NCBI GenBank assembly: GCA_028355015.1
Contig: JAOMRN010000001.1
Location: 1,229-65,228, forward strand
Length of the DNA: 64,000 nt
From: Methanobacteriota archaeon
GTDB taxonomy: Archaea; Thermoplasmatota; Poseidoniia; Poseidoniales; Thalassarchaeaceae
Direction: 5' to 3'
This document shows, piece after piece, positions 9,037-19,362 of the stretch. Position 1 is the stretch's first letter, and each line of letters begins with the position of its first letter. Position numbers and translations under genes: made by a program. Below the pieces are notes generated by a model that was not told the origin of the DNA, searched no databases, and saw only the letters and a program-made list of their open reading frames with translations.

Positions 9037-10293
9037 TTAATTCCAATCTGTAAATAATGGAAAAGAATTTCCCATTGTGAGGCATTCCATGCCATCCTCA
9101 GTTCTTACAAAAGTGTCTTCAGTTCCTATGCAACCATCTGGATATATTACTTTAGGTTCTATTGCCATCGTTCCGCCAATACATAATGGACGATTAAATC
9201 CATTTGCAATAACTGGAGTTTCATCTAATTCTAATCCCACTGAATGCCCTAAAAAATGAGATTTATCGGGATTCATTCCCATGAGATTATCTGAATAGCC
9301 CATTTCTTTTGCCATGAAACTTCCAATTTCCCACGCTTTAGAACAATTATCTCCTCGAGAAAGGCTTGAAACTACTGCTTTTTGGATTTCGGCCATATGG
9401 TCGAGTCTTTCCATCCATCTACTATCTAGAGCTCCTGCACTGAACATACGTGTACAATCAGAAACATACCCGCGATGTAGATGCACGATATCTACAGTAA
9501 CTGGAGAATTAGATTTGACTTTGGCGTGCCCTGATCCTAAAGGCGAGATTGGACTCGCTCCAACTCCTCCAATTGCAGAATCAAAATATGAGGGTATAGA
9601 TGCAGACTCACCAGCAACAATAACAACTCTGTCACAATCCATCGGCCATTTCCTCATCCTTATTCTTCCACCGAAGCCAGCCTTTCTACTAACATTATCA
9701 GCAACGGCAGCCATTTCTAACTCCGTTTTCCCCAATCCTCCTTTTTCTTTGATTGATTCGAACATTTCTTTGTTAATACGTCCACTCTCTCGAAGCATAT
9801 CGATCTCCCAATTTGACTTCATTTCTCTCAAGCCATACATTATTGATGTACAATCTTTTGATTCACCAACTAGTGATTTCATTTTACTGGATATGAATTT
9901 CCAGCGATCATGAGGTATTTTCCCTCCTAATATTGCAGGCTTTTGGACCCCGCCTATTTCACGAATAGAATTTGCTAAATCTGCCATTCTTGGTTGAGCA
10001 ATAACTGGGTCAGGACAATCATCTCCTCCAGATTCAAATTTAGCTCTTTCAAGTGACCTCTTCACCCAATGAGTCGTTTGAACATCAGAATCTTTCCCAC
10101 CTATTAGAATAATCCCGTTTTGCCTTCCACCTGTTAGCCAATATAATTCCACAGGATCGTCGATAAGAGCGGATTCAATCCCACTTTCAGATAGAGCGAC
10201 TGATAACCTTGCTCTACGATTTTCTAATTCTTGTACAGGGACTCTCCAATCGGCGCCTTCAGGGCCGACCAATCCTCTCATATCCCATGCCAT
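9037..10293 (-). CDS. Xaa-Pro peptidase (M24 family)
   Basis: GYVSDCTR, GHSVGLELDE, AIEPK, GTEDT metal ligands. Confidence 0.9.
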   Translation of the reverse strand: MAWDMRGLVGPEGADWRVPVQELENRRARLSVALSESGIESALIDDPVELYWLTGGRQNGIILIGGKDSDVQTTHWVKRSLERAKFESGGDDCPDPVIAQPRMADLANSIREIGGVQKPAILGGKIPHDRWKFISSKMKSLVGESKDCTSIMYGLREMKSNWEIDMLRESGRINKEMFESIKEKGGLGKTELEMAAVADNVSRKAGFGGRIRMRKWPMDCDRVVIVAGESASIPSYFDSAIGGVGASPISPLGSGHAKVKSNSPVTVDIVHLHRGYVSDCTRMFSAGALDSRWMERLDHMAEIQKAVVSSLSRGDNCSKAWEIGSFMAKEMGYSDNLMGMNPDKSHFLGHSVGLELDETPVIANGFNRPLCIGGTMAIEPKVIYPDGCIGTEDTFVRTEDGMECLTMGNSFPLFTDWN

Positions 10294-10380
10294 GCATTGT
10301 GCGTGGGAGTGTCAATCACAAAGGTATTGGTGAAGGTATGTAAGGACAATTCAACCATTACGGTCAAAGAGTCCTAGCCT

Positions 10381-11658
10381 GTGGGCATGAACGTGAGTGG
10401 CGTCCTTACGCTGGACGATGTCGGTCTTGGCGGCAAAGTAGTTCTATATCGTGTAGACGTAAATTCTCCACTAGAACCATCAACAGGTGCCTTCCTTGAC
10501 GATAGTAGATTAAGAGCTATTTTGCCTACCCTTAGATCATTACAAAATTCTAAGGTTGTTATGATTGGCCATCAATCAAGACCTGGTAAGAATGATTTCA
10601 CAGATATGTCGCAACATGCAGATCGGATATCTAGATTAATTGGTAAAAAAATTCATTTTGTATCAGATATTTGTGGAGATAAAGCAATTACTGCGATTAA
10701 AAAACTCAAGATAGGTGAGATGTTATTTTTAGATAATATTAGAATGCATGACGATGAGAATTCTATGAAGAAAGCGTCGCCGGAGAAAACAGCTACTTCT
10801 GAAATTGTACAAAAGTTAGCTCCTTTGATTGATGTTTACGTAACAGATGCTTTTGCTGCTGCGCATCGAAATTCTCCCTCACTTACCGGTTTTTCAGAAG
10901 TCGTTCCTTGTATCGCTGGAAGATTAATGGCTAAAGAAATAGATAATCTACAAATCGCAGTAAATGATCCTCCTCGGCCATATATTGCCATATTAGGTGG
11001 TACGAAGTGTGATGATTCATTACGTGTAGCTAAGAATTTAATCGATAAGGAGATAATTGACTCAATTCCTGTTGTCGGTGTTGTTGGTAATATGATGTTG
11101 TGGGCCAGTGGAATAGATATTGGTGAGGGAAATAAATCATTTATCCGAAATACATTAGGCGTTGCCTTCGAAGAAACATGGGAAATGGCCGTTTATCTTC
11201 ATGATAATCACTCAGAATATTTCCTCTTACCTGCTGACGTAGCTGTAGAATTAAATGGCGATAGAGTTGCTATGATGGTAGATGATTTACCTACGGGCAA
11301 TCCAATATACGATATAGGAATCCAAACATTACAAGAAATCAGCCCTCTATTGATTAATGCTGGGTGTATTCTCTGGAATGGGCCAGCATCTTACTTCGAA
11401 TTACCCGGATTTGCCTTTGGAACAATTGAGATTCTAAATATGTGTATCGAATCATCGGCTGTTACCATTGTAGGTGGAGGTCATACCAGTTCATTAGTTA
11501 GTAATAGGGGCGCAGTAGATCAAGTAACTCACAACAGTACTGGTGGAGGTGCCTGCCTTACTATGCTTTCAGGAGGGTTCATGCCGGTCATAGATTCCTT
11601 AAATCGTTCAAATACTAAATTCCGTCCAATTTTAGATGCTTTAGGTATTAAAAAATAG
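10381..11658 (+). CDS. pgk: Phosphoglycerate kinase
   Basis: RVDVNSP, HQSRPG, DAFAAAHR, GGGHT, STGGGA. Confidence 0.95.
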   Translation: MGMNVSGVLTLDDVGLGGKVVLYRVDVNSPLEPSTGAFLDDSRLRAILPTLRSLQNSKVVMIGHQSRPGKNDFTDMSQHADRISRLIGKKIHFVSDICGDKAITAIKKLKIGEMLFLDNIRMHDDENSMKKASPEKTATSEIVQKLAPLIDVYVTDAFAAAHRNSPSLTGFSEVVPCIAGRLMAKEIDNLQIAVNDPPRPYIAILGGTKCDDSLRVAKNLIDKEIIDSIPVVGVVGNMMLWASGIDIGEGNKSFIRNTLGVAFEETWEMAVYLHDNHSEYFLLPADVAVELNGDRVAMMVDDLPTGNPIYDIGIQTLQEISPLLINAGCILWNGPASYFELPGFAFGTIEILNMCIESSAVTIVGGGHTSSLVSNRGAVDQVTHNSTGGGACLTMLSGGFMPVIDSLNRSNTKFRPILDALGIKK

Positions 11659-11706
11659 ATCTAATCCGTCCCAACTTCTAAGTGCATTAACTTATCAGCC
11701 TAAAAC

Positions 11707-12231
11707 ATGAATGGCGAAGGAGAAGATGTATTTTCAGGTGAGGTAGGGACACAGCCACAAATGGTTAATGTCCAAACACCAGGTACAATGATGATGGTTG
11801 AAAGAAGCCCAGCGGCTCAAGTAATAGGGGTCTTAGTTATCCTTTGGAGCCTTCTGCAAATTGGAATGAATCTTCTAGGTCTCGTGGCTCTATCTTTCTT
11901 ATCTGATCTTGACGAACCAGGGCTAGAAGAATTACCAATAACGCTTTTTGCTGTCGGAGCAATATTTGCATTAATACCTGCTGTAATAGGAATTATAGGC
12001 GGCTATCAGATGTTTAAATTCCAGAAAAAGGGTTTATGGCTTGTACTCACTTCTCTCGTAGTAGGCTGGATTATCAGCATGGTTAATGGTGCGTTAACAT
12101 CTGGTTATGGTGGCACGGGAGATCCCGGATTAGATGCGGCTTTCAATGGAGTTTGTGGATTAGGATGCGTAGCTGTTTGTGGGCTAATTGTTTGCATACC
12201 GCTATTGTTTGCACATCATGGATTGGAATGA
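11707..12231 (+). CDS. Hypothetical membrane protein (about 4 TM)
   Basis: Four hydrophobic segments. Confidence 0.6.
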   Translation: MNGEGEDVFSGEVGTQPQMVNVQTPGTMMMVERSPAAQVIGVLVILWSLLQIGMNLLGLVALSFLSDLDEPGLEELPITLFAVGAIFALIPAVIGIIGGYQMFKFQKKGLWLVLTSLVVGWIISMVNGALTSGYGGTGDPGLDAAFNGVCGLGCVAVCGLIVCIPLLFAHHGLE

Positions 12232-12249
12232 AAAACTAATGGTCATCAA

Positions 12250-12609
12250 ATGTCAAGTTTAATTTTTGATACTTTTAAGATTCTCTTGACAGCGTTGGTA
12301 ATTCTTGCAGTAGCCCAGTTAAGTCAGAGAGATACCTTACTTGCAGCGGTACTTGCATCTATACCATTAGTTAGTGTTCTTGCGATGATGTGGATGAATC
12401 AAGACGGTGCTACTAGTGAAGAAATAATTATGTTCTCAAGAGATATTGTTTGGTTGGTTCTTCCATCATTATTATTATTTATTGTGATGCCAGAATTAAT
12501 TGAACGCGGATGGAATTTTTATCCAGCACTTGGTGGTGGACTATGTGCTACAGTAATTGGATATTTTTTAATGATTGAACTAATGAAGAGATTTCAATCA
12601 ATAAGCTAA
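12250..12609 (+). CDS. DUF3147-like membrane protein
   Basis: LASIPLVSVLAMMWM, WLVLPSL. Confidence 0.7.
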   Translation: MSSLIFDTFKILLTALVILAVAQLSQRDTLLAAVLASIPLVSVLAMMWMNQDGATSEEIIMFSRDIVWLVLPSLLLFIVMPELIERGWNFYPALGGGLCATVIGYFLMIELMKRFQSIS

Positions 12610-13994
12610 GATTCATGAAATTTCTTTAAGTTAATTACAGATCCTAATCTATGTTCAACATCTTCTTTAATTTCTTTAAGACCTTCTTCACTAGTAGCCT
12701 CTGCTCTCATTACGAGTATAGGTTCAGTATTGCTTGGTCGACAAAGATACCACCCTTCAGGATACCTAACTCTTACACCATCTACAGTAGATTTTTGTAA
12801 ATCTGCGAAGGCATTAGAAACTATTTCCATTGTTTCTTCTCTATCTTTAGTAAGTGGAACTTTAGCCTCTCCTGTTGATGCATAATTTGGTAGATCTGTA
12901 AACCAATCTGAGAATAATGGTCCACCTTCTTCAGGCGATTTTTCTCTACCTATTATTTCGAGTAGCCTAGCCGTATTGTATAATGAATCATCAAATCCTG
13001 GCCACCTATCATTAAGGAAGAAGTGACCTGACATTTCTCCAGCCAAAGGTGAATCTGGATTGTTTCTTAATTCTCTTTTCATAAACGAATGCCCTGTTCT
13101 AACCATAACTGGTATCCCTCCGGCAGATCTTATCGCATCTTCTAGCGCCATACTACATTTCACATCAAAGAAAACGGTTCTTTCTAAATCAGTTCCTCCT
13201 TTTCTTTCTCCGAGTATATCTTTCGCAAAAATTGTCATCAATCTATCTGGATGAATAAACCTCCCTTTTTCATCAACTGCTCCAATTCTATCTCCGTCTC
13301 CATCCATTCCGATACCAAATTCTGCATTATTTTCAATAACTGCTTTTGATAAATCTTCCATATTTTTAGGTCTTGTAGGATCTGGTGGATGATTTGGAAA
13401 TTTATTGTCCCATTCACAGTGTACGGGAATTAAATCAACTCCTAATTTTTCCATTAATTTAATTGTTAATGGCCCTGGAACTGCATTGCCACAATCTATC
13501 ACGATTCTTATTTTACGTTGAGGTATTCCAGCATTTTCAGTAACTATTTTCAAATAATCTTTCTCAAATTCAGGAAGTTTTTTGATTACTCCTTTTCCTT
13601 TTTTGAAGTTATTTTCATCAAAAGTTATTTTCAATTCTTGTAATTCTTGACCAGCCATTGGTAGAGACTTTTTACATATCTTAAATCCATTATATTCTGG
13701 AGGATTATGACTTGCTGTGATTACTACTGAAGCATCTACTGGCAGATCGACTGTTGCTCTATAGAGCACTCCTGTTGTAGTAATTCCTAGATCTAAAACA
13801 TCTGCTCCTGAGTCTGTTAATCCTTTCAAGAATGCTTGATGTAATTCTGGCCCTGATTCTCTTATGTCGGATGCTACTGCTACTGTTTTTGCATCAAGGT
13901 GTGTTACAAGAGCTTTACCTAATCTTTCAGCGAATTTAGCATCTAACTCAGAATATGCTAATCCACGAATGTCATAAGCTTTGAAAACACTCAT
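12606..13994 (-). CDS. Phosphomannomutase/phosphoglucomutase
   Basis: FKAYDIRG, TASHNP, DGDGDR, GEMSGH, RPSNTEP. Confidence 0.93.
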   Translation of the reverse strand: MSVFKAYDIRGLAYSELDAKFAERLGKALVTHLDAKTVAVASDIRESGPELHQAFLKGLTDSGADVLDLGITTTGVLYRATVDLPVDASVVITASHNPPEYNGFKICKKSLPMAGQELQELKITFDENNFKKGKGVIKKLPEFEKDYLKIVTENAGIPQRKIRIVIDCGNAVPGPLTIKLMEKLGVDLIPVHCEWDNKFPNHPPDPTRPKNMEDLSKAVIENNAEFGIGMDGDGDRIGAVDEKGRFIHPDRLMTIFAKDILGERKGGTDLERTVFFDVKCSMALEDAIRSAGGIPVMVRTGHSFMKRELRNNPDSPLAGEMSGHFFLNDRWPGFDDSLYNTARLLEIIGREKSPEEGGPLFSDWFTDLPNYASTGEAKVPLTKDREETMEIVSNAFADLQKSTVDGVRVRYPEGWYLCRPSNTEPILVMRAEATSEEGLKEIKEDVEHRLGSVINLKKFHES

Positions 13995-14009
13995 ATTAAC
14001 TCACCTATT

Positions 14010-14387
14010 TTATTCAGTTCCTGAACCTCTGAATGCTTCACAAATAATCTCAATCAATGCATTGCCTGGAAGTTTACTAACTTCATAAGCCGCTCTTGCA
14101 GGTGGCATTGATTCCCCTAGCCACTTACCATATACTTCGTTAACATCCGAATAATAATCAATATTTGTTAATAGGATAGTTACCATGACGAGGTCATCTC
14201 TAGAACTATTGGCAATTTCTAATAAATTATCAATTTTTTTAAGAGCTTCTTGAGTTTGAGACACAACATCATCTCCTCCTTCTATTCCTATTTGCCCCGC
14301 AAGCCAAATATGATCTTTGACTGTTATTCCTGGGCTATATGGTGCCCAAACTTTCCCTCCATTGTCAATCTTTAACTTACGTGCCAT
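14010..14387 (-). CDS. RidA/YjgF family protein
   Basis: APYSPG, AGQIG, PPARAAYEVSKLP...IEI. Confidence 0.9.
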   Translation of the reverse strand: MARKLKIDNGGKVWAPYSPGITVKDHIWLAGQIGIEGGDDVVSQTQEALKKIDNLLEIANSSRDDLVMVTILLTNIDYYSDVNEVYGKWLGESMPPARAAYEVSKLPGNALIEIICEAFRGSGTE

Positions 14388-14417
14388 AACACTCGCAGTA
14401 TGTTGTTGCTGATATGT

Positions 14418-14870
14418 TTATTCACGAAGTATATCAATGACTTTAGAGTGGTCACCGGCTACATTTTGCTCTGTTAATTTATTGATATTTACCCATTTAG
14501 CATCCACAGCATCATCTCCCCCAACAGGTTCTGAATCGGAATCAACTTCAACTAAATAGAATAATCCGATACAATGTTTTCTCGGGTCTCTCCCAGGTTT
14601 CCCTAGTATAGTAAGAGGTAATGGGAATCTTCCCTGAACTCCAGTTTCTTCTAGTAACTCTCTTATCACTGCATCTTCGGGATTTTCTCCATAATCTACG
14701 AATCCTCCAGGGAATGCCCACATTCCATTCCATTCCGGAGGTTTTGAACCTCTCTTTATCATTAATAATTCTAGATCTTCATTTCTATTCCTAGTCGCAA
14801 TAGCATCAACTGTTACGGAAGGACTTTGATAGTCATCTCTACCGCATTTTGAACATCTTTCAACTGCCAT
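14418..14870 (-). CDS. NUDIX hydrolase
   Basis: Nudix box GGFVDYGENPEDAVIRELLEETG; GRDPR; GDDA. Confidence 0.9.
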   Translation of the reverse strand: MAVERCSKCGRDDYQSPSVTVDAIATRNRNEDLELLMIKRGSKPPEWNGMWAFPGGFVDYGENPEDAVIRELLEETGVQGRFPLPLTILGKPGRDPRKHCIGLFYLVEVDSDSEPVGGDDAVDAKWVNINKLTEQNVAGDHSKVIDILRE

Positions 14871-15741
14871 ATCTTCTCTTCCTCCTTTGATAAGATTCTA
14901 TTGCTTCATACAAATCTTGTTTGCCAAAAGAAGGCCAGTGGACATCAGTAAAATGTAATTCTGAATATGCGATTTGCCATAACAAGAAATTTGAAATTCT
15001 TTCTTCACCACTAGTTCTAATGACTAAGTCTGGGTCGGGTAAATTTGCTGTGTAAAGTTTACTAGAAATCTTATTAGTGTCGATTTCTTCTAATTTTATT
15101 TCACCCTTTGAATATTCATCTGCAACCTTACGAACAGCATCTACAATCTCTTCCCTGCCTCCATATGCAAGACATACAGTAAACAAGAAATTTGAGTATT
15201 TAGCAGTTTTTTCTTCTATGTTTGATATGGCATTTCTTACATCATCAGGTAGCATTTCTAGCCTACCCACAACTTGAACTTTGACTTTCATATTATGAAT
15301 TTTTGGATCTTCAGCCATTTCATTTAAGCCATTACAATAGAGTGCATACAGAGATTCCAACTCCTCAGGACTTCGTTCTTTGATATTCTCTGTAGAAAGG
15401 GCATATACAGAAAGATATGGAATTTCTAGATCTAGCACCCAATCCATAACCTGCTCTAGTTTTTCCTTACCTTTTTTATGTCCAATACTCGTTTCAATTT
15501 GCCTATTCCATGCAAACCTTCTGTTTCCATCCATTATGATTGAAACATGTTTAGGCATTTCATAATTTAAGATACGATCTTTCAATCTATTAGTTCGTAT
15601 TCTATCTGTTCTTGATACGAAACTCCAAGCAAAACTCGAGCTTGCAAAAATTTTAGCAGGGATAGAAATTATTCTAAACTTAAGAAGCCATTTTGCTACA
15701 GAGTCAATACGGCGACCAGCCTCTCTGCGCGCTCGACCCAT
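14860..15741 (-). CDS. uppS: cis-polyprenyl diphosphate synthase
   Basis: HVSIIMDGNRR, YALSTEN, DLVIRTSGEERISNFLLWQ. Confidence 0.95.
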   Translation of the reverse strand: MGRARREAGRRIDSVAKWLLKFRIISIPAKIFASSSFAWSFVSRTDRIRTNRLKDRILNYEMPKHVSIIMDGNRRFAWNRQIETSIGHKKGKEKLEQVMDWVLDLEIPYLSVYALSTENIKERSPEELESLYALYCNGLNEMAEDPKIHNMKVKVQVVGRLEMLPDDVRNAISNIEEKTAKYSNFLFTVCLAYGGREEIVDAVRKVADEYSKGEIKLEEIDTNKISSKLYTANLPDPDLVIRTSGEERISNFLLWQIAYSELHFTDVHWPSFGKQDLYEAIESYQRRKRRYGS

Positions 15742-15789
15742 GTTCGAGGGAATATCTCCTGTGTCTAAAGTAGTTGGATAGAAGATTCC

Positions 15790-16332
15790 TTATTCAAATA
15801 CAATATGAGCATCATTATTCACTTTGTTAAGTAGATTTTTTTCAGGATTAACTACAATAATTTGCCCTGAATGTTCCCATACTGGTAAATCATGATGGCT
15901 ATTTCCTGCATAACCAAATTTCATATCCCCATATCTTGCTATTAGCGCTTCGGCTTTTTTCTTTCCACGGAGATTATATTTAGAATCAGATGCCATCACA
16001 TCTGAAAATAATCCGACATGTGCCGCAACTTGTTCGGCAATGATTCTATCAGAAGCAGTAGCAAGAATCAGAGTTCTTCCTCGAGCATGTTCACCAGTTA
16101 ACCAATCTAGAAATACAGCATGATATTCAAGCTCTGCGGGATCAAATACAAGTTTTTCTGCTAAATCTCTCTTCCATTGTGCTCTCTTATTTCTGAACTC
16201 TTTGGAAAGCATACTAACTATCATCCATGGTCTTCTCAGTAGAACTCTTCTGATACTGATATAACTCATGTCAGTTAGAATTAGCGTACCATCCATATCG
16301 ACTGCAAGGGGGATGTCCGATACCTCGTCCAT
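15790..16332 (-). CDS. HAD-family hydrolase, resembling the N-domain of HAD-UbiA fusions
   Basis: PLAVDMDGTL, LATAS, NLRGKKKA, YAGNSHHDLPVW. Confidence 0.75.
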   Translation of the reverse strand: MDEVSDIPLAVDMDGTLILTDMSYISIRRVLLRRPWMIVSMLSKEFRNKRAQWKRDLAEKLVFDPAELEYHAVFLDWLTGEHARGRTLILATASDRIIAEQVAAHVGLFSDVMASDSKYNLRGKKKAEALIARYGDMKFGYAGNSHHDLPVWEHSGQIIVVNPEKNLLNKVNNDAHIVFE

Positions 16333-16419
16333 GTTCTTGCCTAAACCAACACCATATCAAAGATTCCCTGACCGATTGCATCAAGTTCACTACTGCTTCG
16401 TAGATATGGGTGAGCATGT

Positions 16420-17676
16420 ATGTCGGAGGTTGAGAATAGTTGGAAACCTGCTGCTATGTCTCGAATTGAATCAGCTGATGAAGCACCAAAAGGGTTCAAA
16501 TGGCTTATTTTTGCAGGTATTGGTTTGAAATCAAAAATGCTCGAACCAATCGATGAGAATAATTGGAATAATACAATTTCAGATTTGAAATCTTGGGGCG
16601 AAGTCCCATCGGAAAATGTAATTGTTGAAGAAGTATTTAATACAGAAAGAGGCATTAATTTAAAATTAAATGATAGTGGAAAATACTGGCTAGCTGAATT
16701 TTTCCCATGGGGTACTGATGGAAGGTTTCGTGCTAGGATTAGCCTTGCACCATCAGGAAGTGACATTCCTATGGGTGGTTATTATTGGAATGATATGGAT
16801 ATTATTTCTGTAAGAAAGTGGAAAGAAGAGGTTAGAGATGTCAATTCTAAACTTTATGATTCTATTCATTCTAACGATTTAGAAACATCTAAGAAAATTA
16901 TTTTTGAATCTGCTGCAGCACTAGGCAGATATCACGGTGCTGTCGAAAATGCGAGAGTTACCCCCAGGGATGCTAAGAGGTGGAATAAGAGACTTGAAAA
17001 AATTGAAGCGAGATTACGTGCCAATACCATTTGGCGTGCTCCTCATACAAAACATACAGATTGTATAATTACAATTGGCGACATTAGATTTTCAGATATG
17101 ATTGATGATGATTCGGGGAGATATAATATTCATTTTTCTAGACCGCGTTTAGCTGATAGTATAATTCCGCCTGAATGTGAATTTCCAGCTGTCCGAGATT
17201 TTTCTTCACTTCTTCATGACCTAAATAGAATATATTTTCTATGTGACTCCGAAGTTAAGATTTCAGAACTTCGTTCTACATTAATTGAAGGCTGGCAATC
17301 AACAGCCCCAGCAAAATGGTCCTCCAAAGAGATATTTTACACCCCTCGCGGAGGAGCATTTTTTTGGGAATATGAACAGTGTTTACTAGACGTAATAGAA
17401 TCGGTGTCTCATCAATCTGGAAAGCCCGAACCAGCGGTATCAATAATCCAAGATGTACCTTATTTACAAAAATCAATGTTCAGTCACAGAACAATAGCTG
17501 CTTTGTCTTTTATGACTGGTTTCTTCTCCGCTAGTGGATTTTATCAGTACGGAGTAGGAAATTCTGATGATTTAATACTTCCATTGTTACTAGTACCAAT
17601 TACAGCAGGTATATTCTTTTCATACCGGAAACTAGCCCCTTCTCCTGAAACATCAATTCTGAGAAAATGGGAATAA
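16420..17676 (+). CDS. Hypothetical protein with degenerate maltokinase/APH-like fold and C-terminal TM helices
   Basis: ALGRYH, GDIRF, PAVRDFSSLLHDL; two hydrophobic helices at the C-terminus. Confidence 0.5.
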   Translation: MSEVENSWKPAAMSRIESADEAPKGFKWLIFAGIGLKSKMLEPIDENNWNNTISDLKSWGEVPSENVIVEEVFNTERGINLKLNDSGKYWLAEFFPWGTDGRFRARISLAPSGSDIPMGGYYWNDMDIISVRKWKEEVRDVNSKLYDSIHSNDLETSKKIIFESAAALGRYHGAVENARVTPRDAKRWNKRLEKIEARLRANTIWRAPHTKHTDCIITIGDIRFSDMIDDDSGRYNIHFSRPRLADSIIPPECEFPAVRDFSSLLHDLNRIYFLCDSEVKISELRSTLIEGWQSTAPAKWSSKEIFYTPRGGAFFWEYEQCLLDVIESVSHQSGKPEPAVSIIQDVPYLQKSMFSHRTIAALSFMTGFFSASGFYQYGVGNSDDLILPLLLVPITAGIFFSYRKLAPSPETSILRKWE

Positions 17677-18276
17677 TTACTCGAGTTTTGTGAAAATATT
17701 ATCCTTATATTCATATGTTCTTGGAACACCAGTCTGAATTTCTAATTTGACAATATCTTCTTTTGATATATTTTCTATGTGCATTACAATTGATCGTAAA
17801 GAATTACCATGTGCTGAAATAAGAACATTTTTTCCTTCATTTAGATGTTTTAGTACATCTTCTTTGAAGTACGGGAGGGTTCTCTCTGCAGTCATTTTCA
17901 AACTTTCACCATCTGGGGGTGCGATATCAAATGAACGCCTCCAAATGTGCACTTGTTTGGGGCCATATTTTTCAGCAGTTTCAGTTTTATTGAGGCCTTG
18001 TAATGATCCATAGTGCCTTTCATTGAGTCTTTCATCTTTGTAAGTTGGAATATTTTCTGATATTTTATTATTTTTTATGATGATTTCAGCCGTTCTTTGA
18101 GCCCTCATAAGGGCACTCGTATGAACAACATCAAATGATACATTTTCTAATTTCTCACCTGCTGCTTTTGCCTCCTTTTCACCTTTTTTAGAGAGGTCAA
18201 TATCAGTCCATCCGGTAAATCTATTCTCTGCATTCCAGAGTGACTGACCATGCCTGATGAGAACAAGAATTGCCAA
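17677..18276 (-). CDS. gpmA: 2,3-bisphosphoglycerate-dependent phosphoglycerate mutase
   Basis: RHGQS.WN.ENRFTGW, LNERHYG.LQG, WRRS, AHGNSLR. Confidence 0.93.
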   Translation of the reverse strand: MAILVLIRHGQSLWNAENRFTGWTDIDLSKKGEKEAKAAGEKLENVSFDVVHTSALMRAQRTAEIIIKNNKISENIPTYKDERLNERHYGSLQGLNKTETAEKYGPKQVHIWRRSFDIAPPDGESLKMTAERTLPYFKEDVLKHLNEGKNVLISAHGNSLRSIVMHIENISKEDIVKLEIQTGVPRTYEYKDNIFTKLE

Positions 18277-18285
18277 ATTTTCACC

Positions 18286-19362
18286 TCACTTATTACTTCT
18301 TAAACGTGGTTCAAAGAAAATTAATTCTAGTTTTTCAGCCGTCTCTCTAGCCATCATTAGGATATCTTCATTCAACTCTCTTTGCGTAGATGCTGATGAT
18401 ACACAATAAAAATTACCTGCTACTACAACCATTGCAGTTCCAAATGTTTGTACACGAACCCATGAATCTTCTTCTTTTATTGATCTCGCATCATCATTTA
18501 CTTTCTTTAGTAGGATATCACAGAATTCTTTTAGAACCGCTGGGCTACTATCTTCTTCTAACTCAAATTTAGGAGTAATTCTTCTAAATCTTCTTTTACT
18601 GAAATTTTCTACAGGAGAATTGACCATATTTGAATTAGGAACAGTAATCATTGTGTCTGCGGAAGTTCTGATTAAAGTAGTTCTAAGTCCAATATTTACT
18701 ACTTCTCCCTCAACTCCATCGACTATTATCCAGTCACCTACATTGAACGGTTGATCGATTAATATTGAAACCGCTCCGAAGATATTTGAAACAGAATCTT
18801 TTGCTGCTAATGCGAGTGCTAAACCAGTAATTCCTAAACCTGCAATTAGTCCATTCAAATCTACTCCTGCAACTCCTGCAAGAACGAATGCTCCAATTAC
18901 TACTACTGCAACTCTTCCAACAGATTCGGCTACACTTGCTAACGAGCGTCTTGAAGCAATATTGTCGTCACCTTCTACTACGATAAAAGCGTCTAGATAG
19001 TCTACTAATCTGTAAGCAGCAATTAACATCATTATGATGAATGCAGTAAATACAACATCATTCACTTGATTTACGAAACTTCCATCCCATATTGGAGTGA
19101 AATTTGAATCTAAATATCCTATCGATTGAACAAAAACTAAAGTTCCAATCATCCACCCCAATGATCTTGGTGCAAACAACGTTTTTCCATCAATCCTTTC
19201 TGTTTTAGAAAACATATCCATTAGTCTAGGGAAAACAAATCTCCTTGACAATACTCCTGAAACAATTGAGAGGCCGATTATTGCAAAGAAAATAATCATA
19301 GTTCCTTGCGAAAAACCTTGTAAAATAGTATCTCCTTGCATGAAGTCATCTAGTTGGTTCAT
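18286..19362 (-). CDS. mscS: MscS-family mechanosensitive channel
   Basis: GLGITGLALALAAKD, PFNVGDWI, IGLRTTLIRT, VPNS. Confidence 0.9.
   Translation of the reverse strand: MNQLDDFMQGDTILQGFSQGTMIIFFAIIGLSIVSGVLSRRFVFPRLMDMFSKTERIDGKTLFAPRSLGWMIGTLVFVQSIGYLDSNFTPIWDGSFVNQVNDVVFTAFIIMMLIAAYRLVDYLDAFIVVEGDDNIASRRSLASVAESVGRVAVVVIGAFVLAGVAGVDLNGLIAGLGITGLALALAAKDSVSNIFGAVSILIDQPFNVGDWIIVDGVEGEVVNIGLRTTLIRTSADTMITVPNSNMVNSPVENFSKRRFRRITPKFELEEDSSPAVLKEFCDILLKKVNDDARSIKEEDSWVRVQTFGTAMVVVAGNFYCVSSASTQRELNEDILMMARETAEKLELIFFEPRLRSNK

Noticed and set aside
9314..9913. 199-aa plus-strand ORF
   Set aside because: Antisense to the M24 peptidase; no motifs
16268..16766. ORFs 16268-16528 and 16341-16766
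   Set aside because: Overlap better-supported genes; shadow frames
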